From Candidatus Bathyarchaeota archaeon (GTDB lineage: Archaea > Thermoproteota > Bathyarchaeia > Bathyarchaeales > Bathycorpusculaceae), in contig JAGTQG010000002.1 of assembly GCA_018396875.1 (NCBI GenBank), positions 3,638-67,637 of the forward strand: a DNA stretch of 64,000 bases, read 5' to 3'. The notes beneath the pieces are model-generated. The model was not told the origin of the DNA. It made no database searches and worked only from the letters and a program-made list of their open reading frames with translations. The translations under genes and the position numbers were made by a program. The stretch's first letter is position 1, and each line of letters opens with the position of its first letter. Positions 27,225-36,234 of the stretch are shown piece by piece.

Positions 27225-29630
27225 TCAAGCACCTCCAGCTTTTGAAAAAACTTTTTTAGCACGCTCGATCTCCTCGGGAGTTATGCTTTCCACAATCTTT
27301 TGCATCTCGTAAATTTTTGAGGCAAATCTTTCCCCTTCAGCGGCTGAAGCCCATAAGAGCTGAAGCCTCTCTTTGTTCAACCCGTTTTGTTCCATTTTCT
27401 TCCATAAGCGTTCCACCCGCCTTTGAGTGTGATAGTTGGCGTTGATGTAGTGGCAGTCTCCAGGGTGACAGCCAGCCACGAGAACTGCGGCGGCTCCTCT
27501 TGCAAAGGCTCTCTCGACAAATTTGGGGGCTACCCTTCCAGAACACATAGTCCTTATTATCCGGACGCTTGGTGGATACTGCATTCTGCTGACCCCAGCG
27601 AAATCTGCGCCCGCATATGCACACCAGTTGCAACAAAAAGCGACAATTTTTTTGTCGGCGTCGTATTCTGTAACGGCGTCTATTTGGGCTATTATCTGTT
27701 CATCGGTGAAGTGGTTCTGGGTTAACGCGTCGGATGGACATTCTGCAGCGCATGTTCCGCAGCCTCCACATGCAGCTTCGACAATTTCAACGCGTTTAAG
27801 CTCCTTGTTAAGGGTTATAGCGTTGTATGGGCAAACTTTCGCGCAAAGCCCGCAAGCCTTACACTTTTCCACATCTAAAATTGGGGTAATAGCCTCAACC
27901 GTAACCTTGCCCTTAGCCATCAATATGCCAGCTCTGGCAGCAGCCGCACTGGCTTGTGTCACGCTGTCCTTTATGTCTTTGGGAGATTCGGCGCATCCGG
28001 CGAAAAATATGCCTCCCGTGGCAGCGTCCACTGGCCGAAGTTTCGGGTGAGCTTCCATGAAAAATCCATCCTGTGTTCTTGAAAGCGTTAGCAGCCTTTG
28101 TATTATTTCACTGTCTTTTCGCGGTTCAAGTCCAACGGATAAGATGACCATGTCAAATTCCATTTTGTAAGGCTCTTTTAGAAGCGTGTTTTCGCCTATA
28201 AGCCAAAGATTGCGAGTTTTCTTGTCCTCAATGATTTCTGCTGGGAGACCCCGAATGAATATCACACCTTCCTTCTTAGCCCTCTTATATAAGTCTTCGA
28301 AGCCTTTCCCATATGCGCGAATATCCACGTAAAAAACGTAGATTTCTGTTTCAGGCCAATGTTCTTTGATTAAAAGACTATCCTTTATTGTGTTCATACA
28401 GCAAACATTGCTACAGTAGGTTCGCCCAGTTTTATTGGAGCGGGAGCCGACGCATTGTATGAAAGCCACACGCCTTGGAACTTTCATGTCGCTGGGTCTA
28501 ATCAGTCGCCCTCCAGAAGGCCCACCAGCATTAATCAGTCTTTCAAATTCAAGAGATGTAATGACGTTTGGGTATTTGCCATAACCATACTGGGGTAATG
28601 TTGAAGGATCGAAAACGTCTGCACCAGTGGCAACGATGATTGTACCTACCTCTAACTCTACAGCTTCGGGTTTCATTGTGAAATCTATGGCTTGCCTTTC
28701 ACATGCTTTAATGCATCTGTCGCACACTATTACGCCATCCTTGTTGAGGCATAGGTTCATGTCAACTATGTAGGTGGATGGAACTGCTTGAGCGAAAGGC
28801 GTGTAAATGGCGTGTCGCAGGGCTAATCCGGCGTCAAACTCGTTGGGCGCTGTCATGGGACAGACTTTTGAGCATTCGCCGCATGCTGAACAATCCTTCT
28901 TTACATAACGTGGTTTCTTTAACACTTTTACTCGAAAGTTGCCAATGTACCCCTTTACGTCGATAACTTCGCTGTTGGTTAATAGTTCGATATTTGGGTG
29001 ACGCCCAACATCAGACATCTTCGGGGCAAGAATGCATATGGAGCAGTCCATTGTTGGGAAAGTTTTGTCCAGCCTTGCCATCATTCCGCCGATGCTAGGC
29101 TCCCTCTCCACCAAATAAACCTTATAGCCTGTGTCAGCAAGATCCAATGCCGCTTGAATCCCAGCAACACCACCGCCGATAACCAGCGCCTTTCGTATAA
29201 CTGGCACTTCAATATCGCTAGCTGGTTTCAGCAACGCAGCCTTTGCCACAGCCATTTTCACAAGGTCTTTCGCCTTTTCGGTTGCAGCCCTCCTATCGTG
29301 AAGGTGAACCCAACTACACTGCTCCCGTATATTAGCCATCTCAAAAAGGTACTTGTTTAACCCAGCTTCTTCACAAGCCTTTCTAAACGTAGGCTCGTGG
29401 AGACGGGGAGAACATGAAGCAACAACCACACGATTAAGCCTATATTCTCTGATATCGTTCTTGATGAGTTCTTGCCCTTGATCTGAACATGTGTAACGGT
29501 AATCCCTCGCCAAAACAACATGAGGAAGCGTGGAAGCAAACTCAGCAACTTCTTCACAATCAACGGAGCCAGCAATATTCAAACCACAATGGCAAACATA
29601 AACCCCTATGCGTATTTCCTCTCTAGACAT
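27225..29630 (-). CDS. hdrA: heterodisulfide reductase subunit A-like flavoprotein fused to an MvhD-like C-terminal domain
   Basis: HdrA N-domain (IGVYVCHCGLNIAG), FAD site (ALVIGGGVAGIQAALDLA, TMDCSICILAPKM), and ferredoxin inserts (CSACGECSKVCP, CKACGLCAKVCP, CGGCGTCAAECP). The C-terminus is MvhD-like: VAFCCNWCAYAGAD ... RTMCSGRV ... VAGCHPGDCHY. Confidence 0.85.
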   Translation of the reverse strand: MSREEIRIGVYVCHCGLNIAGSVDCEEVAEFASTLPHVVLARDYRYTCSDQGQELIKNDIREYRLNRVVVASCSPRLHEPTFRKACEEAGLNKYLFEMANIREQCSWVHLHDRRAATEKAKDLVKMAVAKAALLKPASDIEVPVIRKALVIGGGVAGIQAALDLADTGYKVYLVEREPSIGGMMARLDKTFPTMDCSICILAPKMSDVGRHPNIELLTNSEVIDVKGYIGNFRVKVLKKPRYVKKDCSACGECSKVCPMTAPNEFDAGLALRHAIYTPFAQAVPSTYIVDMNLCLNKDGVIVCDRCIKACERQAIDFTMKPEAVELEVGTIIVATGADVFDPSTLPQYGYGKYPNVITSLEFERLINAGGPSGGRLIRPSDMKVPRRVAFIQCVGSRSNKTGRTYCSNVCCMNTIKDSLLIKEHWPETEIYVFYVDIRAYGKGFEDLYKRAKKEGVIFIRGLPAEIIEDKKTRNLWLIGENTLLKEPYKMEFDMVILSVGLEPRKDSEIIQRLLTLSRTQDGFFMEAHPKLRPVDAATGGIFFAGCAESPKDIKDSVTQASAAAARAGILMAKGKVTVEAITPILDVEKCKACGLCAKVCPYNAITLNKELKRVEIVEAACGGCGTCAAECPSDALTQNHFTDEQIIAQIDAVTEYDADKKIVAFCCNWCAYAGADFAGVSRMQYPPSVRIIRTMCSGRVAPKFVERAFARGAAAVLVAGCHPGDCHYINANYHTQRRVERLWKKMEQNGLNKERLQLLWASAAEGERFASKIYEMQKIVESITPEEIERAKKVFSKAGGA

Positions 29631-29637
29631 TCGCCAT

Positions 29638-31071
29638 TCACCTCAAGGACCTTAAATAACAATCAATGGAGGAGGCAGCCATCCTTCCGGCATAAATAGC
29701 CTCAACTATTGAGGCTGGACCTGTTACGGCGTCTCCTCCGGCGAAAACACCTTTAAGGGTTGTCTCCATAGTTAGTGGGTTAACCCATATTGTTCCATCC
29801 TCATTTAGTTCAATCTCCTTCGGTATAAAGGAAAGGTCTGGAGCCTCGCCTATTGCCAAAATCACCATGTCAGCGTCTTTAACAAATTCGGAACCTTCTA
29901 TTGGAACCGGTTTTCTTCTTCCGGTTTCATCTAACTCGCCAAGCTTCATTCGAACAAATTCTACAGCGGAAACGTTTTCGCCGCTGCCTAAAATTCTCTT
30001 GGGAGAAATCAAAAATTCGATTTTTACACCTTCATCTTCTGCCTCTTTGACTTCCCATGGGTTTGCAGGCATCTCCTCCCTAGACCTTCGATAGAATATT
30101 GTTACTTCTTTAGCTCCACATTTAAGGGCGGTTTTTGCGGAGTCAACAGCAACATTTCCACCACCAATAACAGCGACACGTTTGTCCTCAACATTTAGCG
30201 CCTTTTCAGAATTAAACATACAAAGAAAATCCAGAGCATGCACAACGCCCTTCAAGCCGGCGCCCTCGATTCTTAATTCTTGCCCCTTATGAGCACCTAC
30301 ACCGATAAATACGGCATCGTAGCGACTTCGCAAACTGCTAAAATCAACATCTTTACCAACCACGACGCTTGTCTCTATTTCTACACCAAGATCTTTCAAC
30401 GCTTGTATGTCCATGTCTAAAAGTTCTCTTGGAAGACGATAGGCTGGTAAACACTTTCTCAACATTCCACCGGGCTCTTTCATAGCCTCAAAAACCGTAG
30501 CCTCATAGCCCTTTAGAATTAAATCATGCGCAACAGTTAGCCCAGCTGGTCCAGAGCCTATGACCGCAACTTTTCCCTTTATCGACTCCGCCTTAATCGC
30601 CCTCTTTTCCTCATCCAACAATTCCTTCCTTATTTTTTCAGCTTCCTTTACGATTCTGTCTAAGCCTAAACCTGCACGCTCAGGATGGAAACATGCAAGG
30701 ATTGTTACCAAGGGGAGGGGGGATGCCCTAACAATTTTTTGGATGATATTTTCAAACGCTTGTTTACGCTCAGTCTCAACTGCAAACTTTTTGGCATGGA
30801 AGAATATTTCTGGCGGTTTTAATGCTTGGGGGCAACGTTTGTAACAACGGTAGCACCAAGCACAGAGCCAAATCTCATCTGAAACCAATACGTCTTCAAC
30901 ATTTAAGAAAATTTTTTCGAGAACATTCCTTGGATTATATTCTCCTTTTAGAAGACCTGCCATGGGACAGCTTGCCGTGCATATGCCACATTCAAAGCAG
31001 AACTTAATTTTCTCAGCGTCAGGGTATTCAGCGAGAACTTCTCTGTAGGTTATAGGTTTCCCGGCACTCAA
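29638..31071 (-). CDS. GltD/NfnB(SudA)-like NAD(P)H-dependent FAD oxidoreductase with N-terminal HdrC-like 2x[4Fe-4S] domain
   Basis: N-terminal CFECGICTASCP and CAWCYRCYKRCP. These are followed by VAVIGSGPAGLTVAHDL, EAMKEPGGMLRKCLPAYRLP, VAVIGGGNVAVDSA and FAGGDAVTGP. Confidence 0.8.
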   Translation of the reverse strand: MSAGKPITYREVLAEYPDAEKIKFCFECGICTASCPMAGLLKGEYNPRNVLEKIFLNVEDVLVSDEIWLCAWCYRCYKRCPQALKPPEIFFHAKKFAVETERKQAFENIIQKIVRASPLPLVTILACFHPERAGLGLDRIVKEAEKIRKELLDEEKRAIKAESIKGKVAVIGSGPAGLTVAHDLILKGYEATVFEAMKEPGGMLRKCLPAYRLPRELLDMDIQALKDLGVEIETSVVVGKDVDFSSLRSRYDAVFIGVGAHKGQELRIEGAGLKGVVHALDFLCMFNSEKALNVEDKRVAVIGGGNVAVDSAKTALKCGAKEVTIFYRRSREEMPANPWEVKEAEDEGVKIEFLISPKRILGSGENVSAVEFVRMKLGELDETGRRKPVPIEGSEFVKDADMVILAIGEAPDLSFIPKEIELNEDGTIWVNPLTMETTLKGVFAGGDAVTGPASIVEAIYAGRMAASSIDCYLRSLR

Positions 31072-31109
31072 TTCAGCCGCCCTCCTATTATTGGAAAGCT
31101 CATAGATAT

Positions 31110-31131
31110 AAACTTTACAAATGTAAAGTTT
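31110..31131. promoter_or_regulatory. perfect 10+10 bp palindrome AAACTTTACA-AA-TGTAAAGTTT in divergent promoter region (candidate operator)
   Basis: Read directly from the sequence. It lies 39-60 nt upstream of the gltD-like start (31071, minus) and 63-84 nt upstream of the 31194 plus-strand gene, flanked by TATA-like ATAGATATA and TTATAGATA. Confidence 0.4.
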
Positions 31132-31193
31132 TAAACCAGCACCAAACCTCTTATAGATAACGTGTTATCATAACTAAAACCTGAGGGTTCCCA

Positions 31194-32222
31194 ATGGAAG
31201 AGGTTAAGGTTGTCTCGTATGGAGTTGGAGCCGTTGGAAGTTTAATCGCGAAAACTCTTCTTGAAAAAAGTGGCGTGAAAGTGGTTGGCGCAATTGACGT
31301 GGCAAAGGATAAAGTGGGCAGGGACTTGGGCGAATTTTTAGGCTTAAAAAAGCTGGGTATAACCATTTCAAACGACACGGACACCGTGCTTTCAAAAACG
31401 AAACCAGACATAGTCGTCCACGCAACTTCATCCTATCTTAAGGACACTTATTCCCAGATAGCTTCTATTGTCAAACATGGCGTAGACGTGATATCCACAT
31501 GTGAGGAACTTTCATATCCCTACCATTCAGAGCCGAAACTTGCAAAGGAGCTGGATGAACTGGCTAAAAAACACGGCGCAACGGTTGTTGGCACTGGAAT
31601 AAATCCGGGCTTTCTGATGGATACGCTTGTGATAACGCTGACGGCGGTCTGCCAAAAAATAGAGAAGATTGAGGCTGTTAGGGTTATGAACGCTGCGACA
31701 AGACGGTTGCCGTTCCAGAGAAAGATTGGCGCAGGCTTAACGGTGGAGGAATTTCGACAGAAAATTGAAGGGGGAGAAATAACCGGGCACGTGGGTCTTG
31801 AACAGTCTATCGCGATGATTGCAGACGCCCTAGCGTGGAAGCTTGACGGGATAAGGGCTGAGCCGGTTGAACCGGTTATAGCCAAACAACCTGTGAAAAG
31901 CGACTTCATAACTGTGGAAACTGGCAAGGTTGCAGGTTTGAGGCAAAGGGCGAAAGGCATGGTGAAAGGCAGGGAGGTCATAGTCTTGGACTTTCAAGCG
32001 TATATCGGGGCGGAGGAGGAGTATGACGCCATAACAATAACCGGTGTGCCAACCGTTAGACAAAAAATACAGCCGTGCATTCACGGAGACACAGGCACAG
32101 TTGCCATGGTTATTAATGCTATTCCAAAGGTGCTTAACGCTCCTGCAGGCTTGCTTACAATGAAGGATTTGCCGGTTCCCTCCGCTGCACTTGAGGATAT
32201 GCGGAAATACTTGAAGGCTTAG
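31194..32222 (+). CDS. NAD(P)H-dependent amine dehydrogenase family protein (2,4-diaminopentanoate dehydrogenase / DapB-like)
   Basis: N-terminal Rossmann segment VVSYGVGAVGSLIAKTLL, CEELSYPY and GTGINPGF resemble the Ord/native amine dehydrogenase family. Confidence 0.55.
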   Translation: MEEVKVVSYGVGAVGSLIAKTLLEKSGVKVVGAIDVAKDKVGRDLGEFLGLKKLGITISNDTDTVLSKTKPDIVVHATSSYLKDTYSQIASIVKHGVDVISTCEELSYPYHSEPKLAKELDELAKKHGATVVGTGINPGFLMDTLVITLTAVCQKIEKIEAVRVMNAATRRLPFQRKIGAGLTVEEFRQKIEGGEITGHVGLEQSIAMIADALAWKLDGIRAEPVEPVIAKQPVKSDFITVETGKVAGLRQRAKGMVKGREVIVLDFQAYIGAEEEYDAITITGVPTVRQKIQPCIHGDTGTVAMVINAIPKVLNAPAGLLTMKDLPVPSAALEDMRKYLKA

Positions 32223-32239
32223 CATGTTTGGTGTGTGCC

Positions 32240-33013
32240 TTGAAGTTTTGGGTTGACATAAACTGCGATTTAGGTGAAAGTTACGGCAACTTCAAAGTTG
32301 GAAGCGACGCCGAAATAATGCCATACATAACTTCCGCGAATGTTGCATGCGGCTTTCACGGCGGGGATCCTGTGACGATTGCGCAGACAATAGCCCTTGC
32401 GAAAAAGCACGGGGTAGCTGTCGGCGCTCACCCCGGATACCCTGACCTCATGGGATTTGGGAGAAGAGAAATGCAACTTACATATAATGAAGCGAAAACC
32501 TACGTAATCTATCAGGTTGGTGCCCTCCAAGGCTTCGCAAAAGTTTTCGGTGCACCCCTTCAGCATGTGAAGCCTCACGGCGCCATGTACAACATGGCTT
32601 TAAAGGATGAGGCGCTTGCCAGAGCCATAACCGAAGCCGTACTGGAGCTGGACCATAACCTAATAGTTTTTGCACCGCCAAAATCAGTGCTAGCGAAAAA
32701 AGCCGCAGATGCTGGGCTCCGCGTCGCCCACGAGTTTTTCGCTGATAGAGCATATAACCCGGATGGAAGTCTAGTCTCCCGGAGATTAGCCGGCGCCGTA
32801 ATTGAGGAGCCAGATAAAGTTGTTGGGAGAGCTGTTAAAGCCGTGAAGGAGGGTGTGGTGGAAGCTGTCAACGGGGAACTTGTGGAGCTTGGCACAGTGC
32901 ACACTATTTGTGTTCATGGCGACACTCCGACAGCCCTAAAACTCGCTAGGGCTTTGAGAAGCGGGCTTGTCAAGGCGGGCATAGAGGTTGAAGCCGTAAG
33001 TCGGTTCATTTGA
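32240..33013 (+). CDS. pxpA: 5-oxoprolinase subunit A (LamB/YcsF family)
   Basis: DINCDLGESYG, ACGFHGGDP, KPHGAMYN, VHGDTP. The start is uncertain (TTG 32228, GTG 32231 or TTG 32240). Confidence 0.85.
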   Translation: MKFWVDINCDLGESYGNFKVGSDAEIMPYITSANVACGFHGGDPVTIAQTIALAKKHGVAVGAHPGYPDLMGFGRREMQLTYNEAKTYVIYQVGALQGFAKVFGAPLQHVKPHGAMYNMALKDEALARAITEAVLELDHNLIVFAPPKSVLAKKAADAGLRVAHEFFADRAYNPDGSLVSRRLAGAVIEEPDKVVGRAVKAVKEGVVEAVNGELVELGTVHTICVHGDTPTALKLARALRSGLVKAGIEVEAVSRFI

Positions 33014-33029
33014 TCAAAGGGAGTTAGAC

Positions 33030-33767
33030 TTGGAGCATATTTATCCATCTGCCCGCTACCTGCCCTTCGGCGACACCGCCCTAGTGGTTGAGTTCGGCAA
33101 CATAATAGACTTGACTGTAAACCGCAAGGTCATAGCTCTAAACGAGGCGATTCTGGAGGCAAACATCATTGGAGTTGAAGAAACCGTTCCCACCTATAGG
33201 TCGCTGCTCATCCGCTACAACCCTGAGAAAATAGCCTACGAACATTTGGTTGAACAAATTAAGGAAATCGAGAAAAGGTTGAGGGACACACCGCCTCCAA
33301 AAAAGACGAGAAAATTCACCATTCCAGTTGTTTATGGAAGCATTTACGGACCTGATTTAAAGGATGTAGCCGAATACCACGGCTTGACAGAAAACCAAGT
33401 GGTTGAAATTCACTCTAGAAAAGAGTATAGAGTCTACATGATCGGCTTTGTTGCCGGTTTCCCGTATCTAGGGGAAGTGCCTGAAGAAATCGCAACTCCA
33501 CGCCTTCCAACTCCACGCTTAAAGGTTCCGGCGGGCTCCGTTGGCATTGCGGAAAGGCAGACGGGCATATATCCATGCGAGGCGCCTGGTGGATGGCGCA
33601 TTATAGGTAGAACACCCATTAAGCTTTTCGATGCCGACTGGAGGCCGCCAGCCCTCCTCAAACCCGGAGACATTGTAAGGTTTATGCCAATTTCAGAAGA
33701 AGAATTCAAAAGAATTGAGGAGCTTGTTAAGTCTGGAGCCTATAAACTGGAGTTTAGAGAAGAATGA
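33030..33767 (+). CDS. pxpB: 5-oxoprolinase subunit B (KipI / allophanate hydrolase subunit 1 family)
   Basis: YLPFGDTALVVEFG, VPTYRSLLIRYNP, GFVAGFPYLG, GGWRIIGRTP. TTG start. Confidence 0.85.
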   Translation: MEHIYPSARYLPFGDTALVVEFGNIIDLTVNRKVIALNEAILEANIIGVEETVPTYRSLLIRYNPEKIAYEHLVEQIKEIEKRLRDTPPPKKTRKFTIPVVYGSIYGPDLKDVAEYHGLTENQVVEIHSRKEYRVYMIGFVAGFPYLGEVPEEIATPRLPTPRLKVPAGSVGIAERQTGIYPCEAPGGWRIIGRTPIKLFDADWRPPALLKPGDIVRFMPISEEEFKRIEELVKSGAYKLEFREE

Positions 33768-34714
33768 ACCTTTTCCACGTGTTGAGGGCTGGATTCTTCA
33801 CAACAGTGCAGGATTTGGGTAGATGCGGCTACCTCAAATATGGAGTCCCAATTTCAGGCGCCATGGACACTTTTTCCATGGTTGCAGCAAACTTGCTGGT
33901 GGCAAACAACCCCAACGACGCATGCCTGGAAATAACCCTGATCGGACCGGAATTGCAGGCACTGAGAGACACACAAATCGCTGTGACCGGCGGAAAGCTT
34001 TCCATAAAAATTGATGGAAAAGAGGCGCCCATGTGGCAGACGCTAACCATACACGAGGGCGAAACAATTACGCTTGGAAAAGTTGAAAGAGGTTGTAGAA
34101 GCTACCTTGCCGTTAGAGGAGGCATAAATACACCATTGATTCTCGGAAGCAGATCCACATACACACGGGGCAAGCTCGGCGGGATTGAGGGTAGACAATT
34201 AAAGCCTGGAGACATCATATGCGGGTTTAATGTCCCTTTTTTGGAAGCTTGTTTTAAATTGCCGGAAAACATGGTGCCCCAATTTTCCAACGACTTCACA
34301 GTCCATGTTGTTTTGGGACCACAATCAGACATGTTCACAGACAAAGGCATTGAAACCTTTCTTTCAAGCCAATACAAGGTTACGATTGAATCAGACCGCA
34401 TGGGTTACCGCCTTGACGGACCATCAATAGAGCATAAAGACAAAGCGGAAATTGTTTCAGACGCGCTTCTCCCCGGAGCGGTTCAAGTGCCAAGGGATGG
34501 AAAGCCGATCGTAATCATGAAGGACGCCCAGACAACGGGAGGCTACCCAAAAATAGCTGCAGTGATAACTCCAGACCTAGACATGCTTGGACAGGCAAAG
34601 CCAAACGACACGGTTAGGTTTTTTGAAATAACACTTGAAGAAGCCCATGAAAGACTTTTGGAATACCGTAGAAAGCTTTCAAGCCTAACTCAAAAACTGG
34701 TTAGAATAAGTTGA
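33764..34714 (+). CDS. pxpC: 5-oxoprolinase subunit C (KipA / allophanate hydrolase subunit 2 family)
   Basis: TVQDLGRCGYLKYGVPISGAMD, SDRMGYRLDG, DAQTTGGYPKIA. ATGA overlap with pxpB. Confidence 0.85.
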   Translation: MNLFHVLRAGFFTTVQDLGRCGYLKYGVPISGAMDTFSMVAANLLVANNPNDACLEITLIGPELQALRDTQIAVTGGKLSIKIDGKEAPMWQTLTIHEGETITLGKVERGCRSYLAVRGGINTPLILGSRSTYTRGKLGGIEGRQLKPGDIICGFNVPFLEACFKLPENMVPQFSNDFTVHVVLGPQSDMFTDKGIETFLSSQYKVTIESDRMGYRLDGPSIEHKDKAEIVSDALLPGAVQVPRDGKPIVIMKDAQTTGGYPKIAAVITPDLDMLGQAKPNDTVRFFEITLEEAHERLLEYRRKLSSLTQKLVRIS

Positions 34715-34754
34715 AAAAGTTTTAAAACATCATAGTGCACTGTTGTACCACGTG

Positions 34755-35216
34755 ATGTCAATGCCCAACAAACATGTTCATGAGAAAGGCACATTTTCCA
34801 TTGAAAAATTGATTGCCGACGTGAAAAGCAAGCCTGATTTCCGTAAAGCTGGAGCTATAGCAATTTTCATCGGGGTTGTCCGTGGAGAAAACCCTAACGG
34901 AGATAGGGTTCAAAAATTGGAGATTGAGGCTTACGAAGAAAAAGCGGATGAGGTCTTGTCAGAGATATGTCAAGAATTAAAAAGGAGAAAGGGTGTGGTG
35001 GACGTTCAAATACACCATTTCCTGGGCGAGTTTAACGTAAGCGAAGATCTCGTATACGTATTGGTTGCAGGCGCCCACAGGGAAAATGTCTTTCCAGTTT
35101 TAAAGGAAGCCGTTGAGAGGTACAAAAGGGAGACGCCAATATTCAAGAAGGAGCATGTCTTAACCAAGAATGGGGAAATCAAATCTTACTGGGTTGCTGA
35201 AAGAGAAGAAGGCTAA
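34755..35216 (+). CDS. moaE: molybdopterin synthase catalytic subunit MoaE
   Basis: AGAIAIFIGVVRGEN ... LEIEAYEEKADEVL ... VLVAGAHRENVFPVLKEAVERYKRETPIFKKE. Confidence 0.8.
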   Translation: MSMPNKHVHEKGTFSIEKLIADVKSKPDFRKAGAIAIFIGVVRGENPNGDRVQKLEIEAYEEKADEVLSEICQELKRRKGVVDVQIHHFLGEFNVSEDLVYVLVAGAHRENVFPVLKEAVERYKRETPIFKKEHVLTKNGEIKSYWVAEREEG

Positions 35217-35273
35217 ATTTGAAAAGTGTTATTAAGCGAATCACAAAACTATGTGAAGGTGAGATGAAGAGTC

Positions 35274-35942
35274 TTGGAAAGCAAAAGCTACACATGGTTT
35301 GAGAGGCGTCGAAGAGCTAAAGCCCTTGACTTGGCGCAGGAACAGATAACAAAAGCCCTCGACACCGTGACGCTTCTCCATCAAGCCATGCAAAAAATGG
35401 CTGAAAACAACAAGAAAGAGGCTTTGCAACACATAGACAACATTTTTAAGGTTGAGAAGGAAGTGGACAGGTTGCGTACAGAAGTTTTCAAGGAACTATC
35501 GAAGGGTGTAGCGCTCTTTGCGGAGTACCGTGAGGACCTCATGCACCTTGTAAAAAGGCTTGACACGCTTGCAGATCATGTGAAAGATGCTGCAAGATGC
35601 ATTAAAATGCTTGAAGAAGCTAAAATACCGAAGGAATTGTGGGAGGAGACTGCTCGCACAACGGCTTATCTCGTGGAATGTGCCCACGCCTTAAGGGGAA
35701 GCATTGAAAAAATTGCTGTTGACTCCGCCGCAGCCATAAACGGAGCGAAAAAAGTTGAAGAAATTGAGAAGAAGATAGATGACGAATACTTGAAGATGAA
35801 AGCATTGTTCATCAAATATGGAAGGGATATGGACAGCGGCTCCATGGTTATTTTCGACGATCTTATAGAGTTTATTGAGCATGCTGCAGACATGTGTGCA
35901 GACACAGCCGACTACATTGTGATTCTCGCAAGCAGAGAATAG
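35274..35942 (+). CDS. DUF47 (TIGR00153, PhoU-like) family protein
   Basis: WFERRRRAKALDL ... EKEVDRLRTEV ... and a C-terminal helical repeat. TTG start. Confidence 0.7.
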   Translation: MESKSYTWFERRRRAKALDLAQEQITKALDTVTLLHQAMQKMAENNKKEALQHIDNIFKVEKEVDRLRTEVFKELSKGVALFAEYREDLMHLVKRLDTLADHVKDAARCIKMLEEAKIPKELWEETARTTAYLVECAHALRGSIEKIAVDSAAAINGAKKVEEIEKKIDDEYLKMKALFIKYGRDMDSGSMVIFDDLIEFIEHAADMCADTADYIVILASRE

Positions 35943-35961
35943 TTCGCTTTTTCCCTCTATT

Positions 35962-36234
35962 TTAGCTGGTTTTAGATAACGCCTTACCAAGGGCAAACGA
36001 CAAGGCTAGAACAAGAAAGGTTCCAAAGAGACCTGCAAGCAACGTTGACAGGTATGGATTTTCGATTGTTGGAAGGGTATAGTCCGGCATTAGCCCTCTC
36101 CATAAAGGCTCGCTTTCCCCTACGCCGAGCGTTTCAGCCACCGTTTCTAACCCGTCTGGATATGTGGACGCCAGAGGCAGCATAACCGCAAAACCGACTA
36201 GTATTAAAACTAGGGCTTTGATGTAACCTTTCAA
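35962..36234 (-). CDS. PDGLE domain membrane protein (CbiN/NikN-like partner of CbiM)
   Basis: Contains the literal YPDGLE motif between two TM helices. The TTG at 36234 overlaps the cbiM stop (TTGA). The 165-aa track ORF 35962..36459 is an over-extension inside cbiM. Confidence 0.6.
   Translation of the reverse strand: MKGYIKALVLILVGFAVMLPLASTYPDGLETVAETLGVGESEPLWRGLMPDYTLPTIENPYLSTLLAGLFGTFLVLALSFALGKALSKTS

Noticed and set aside
27225-29630. Checked HdrA for an in-frame TGA (selenocysteine), as in some methanogen HdrA proteins.
   Set aside because: The ORF is uninterrupted and the relevant position is encoded as Cys (TMDCSICILAPKM). There is no evidence for recoding.
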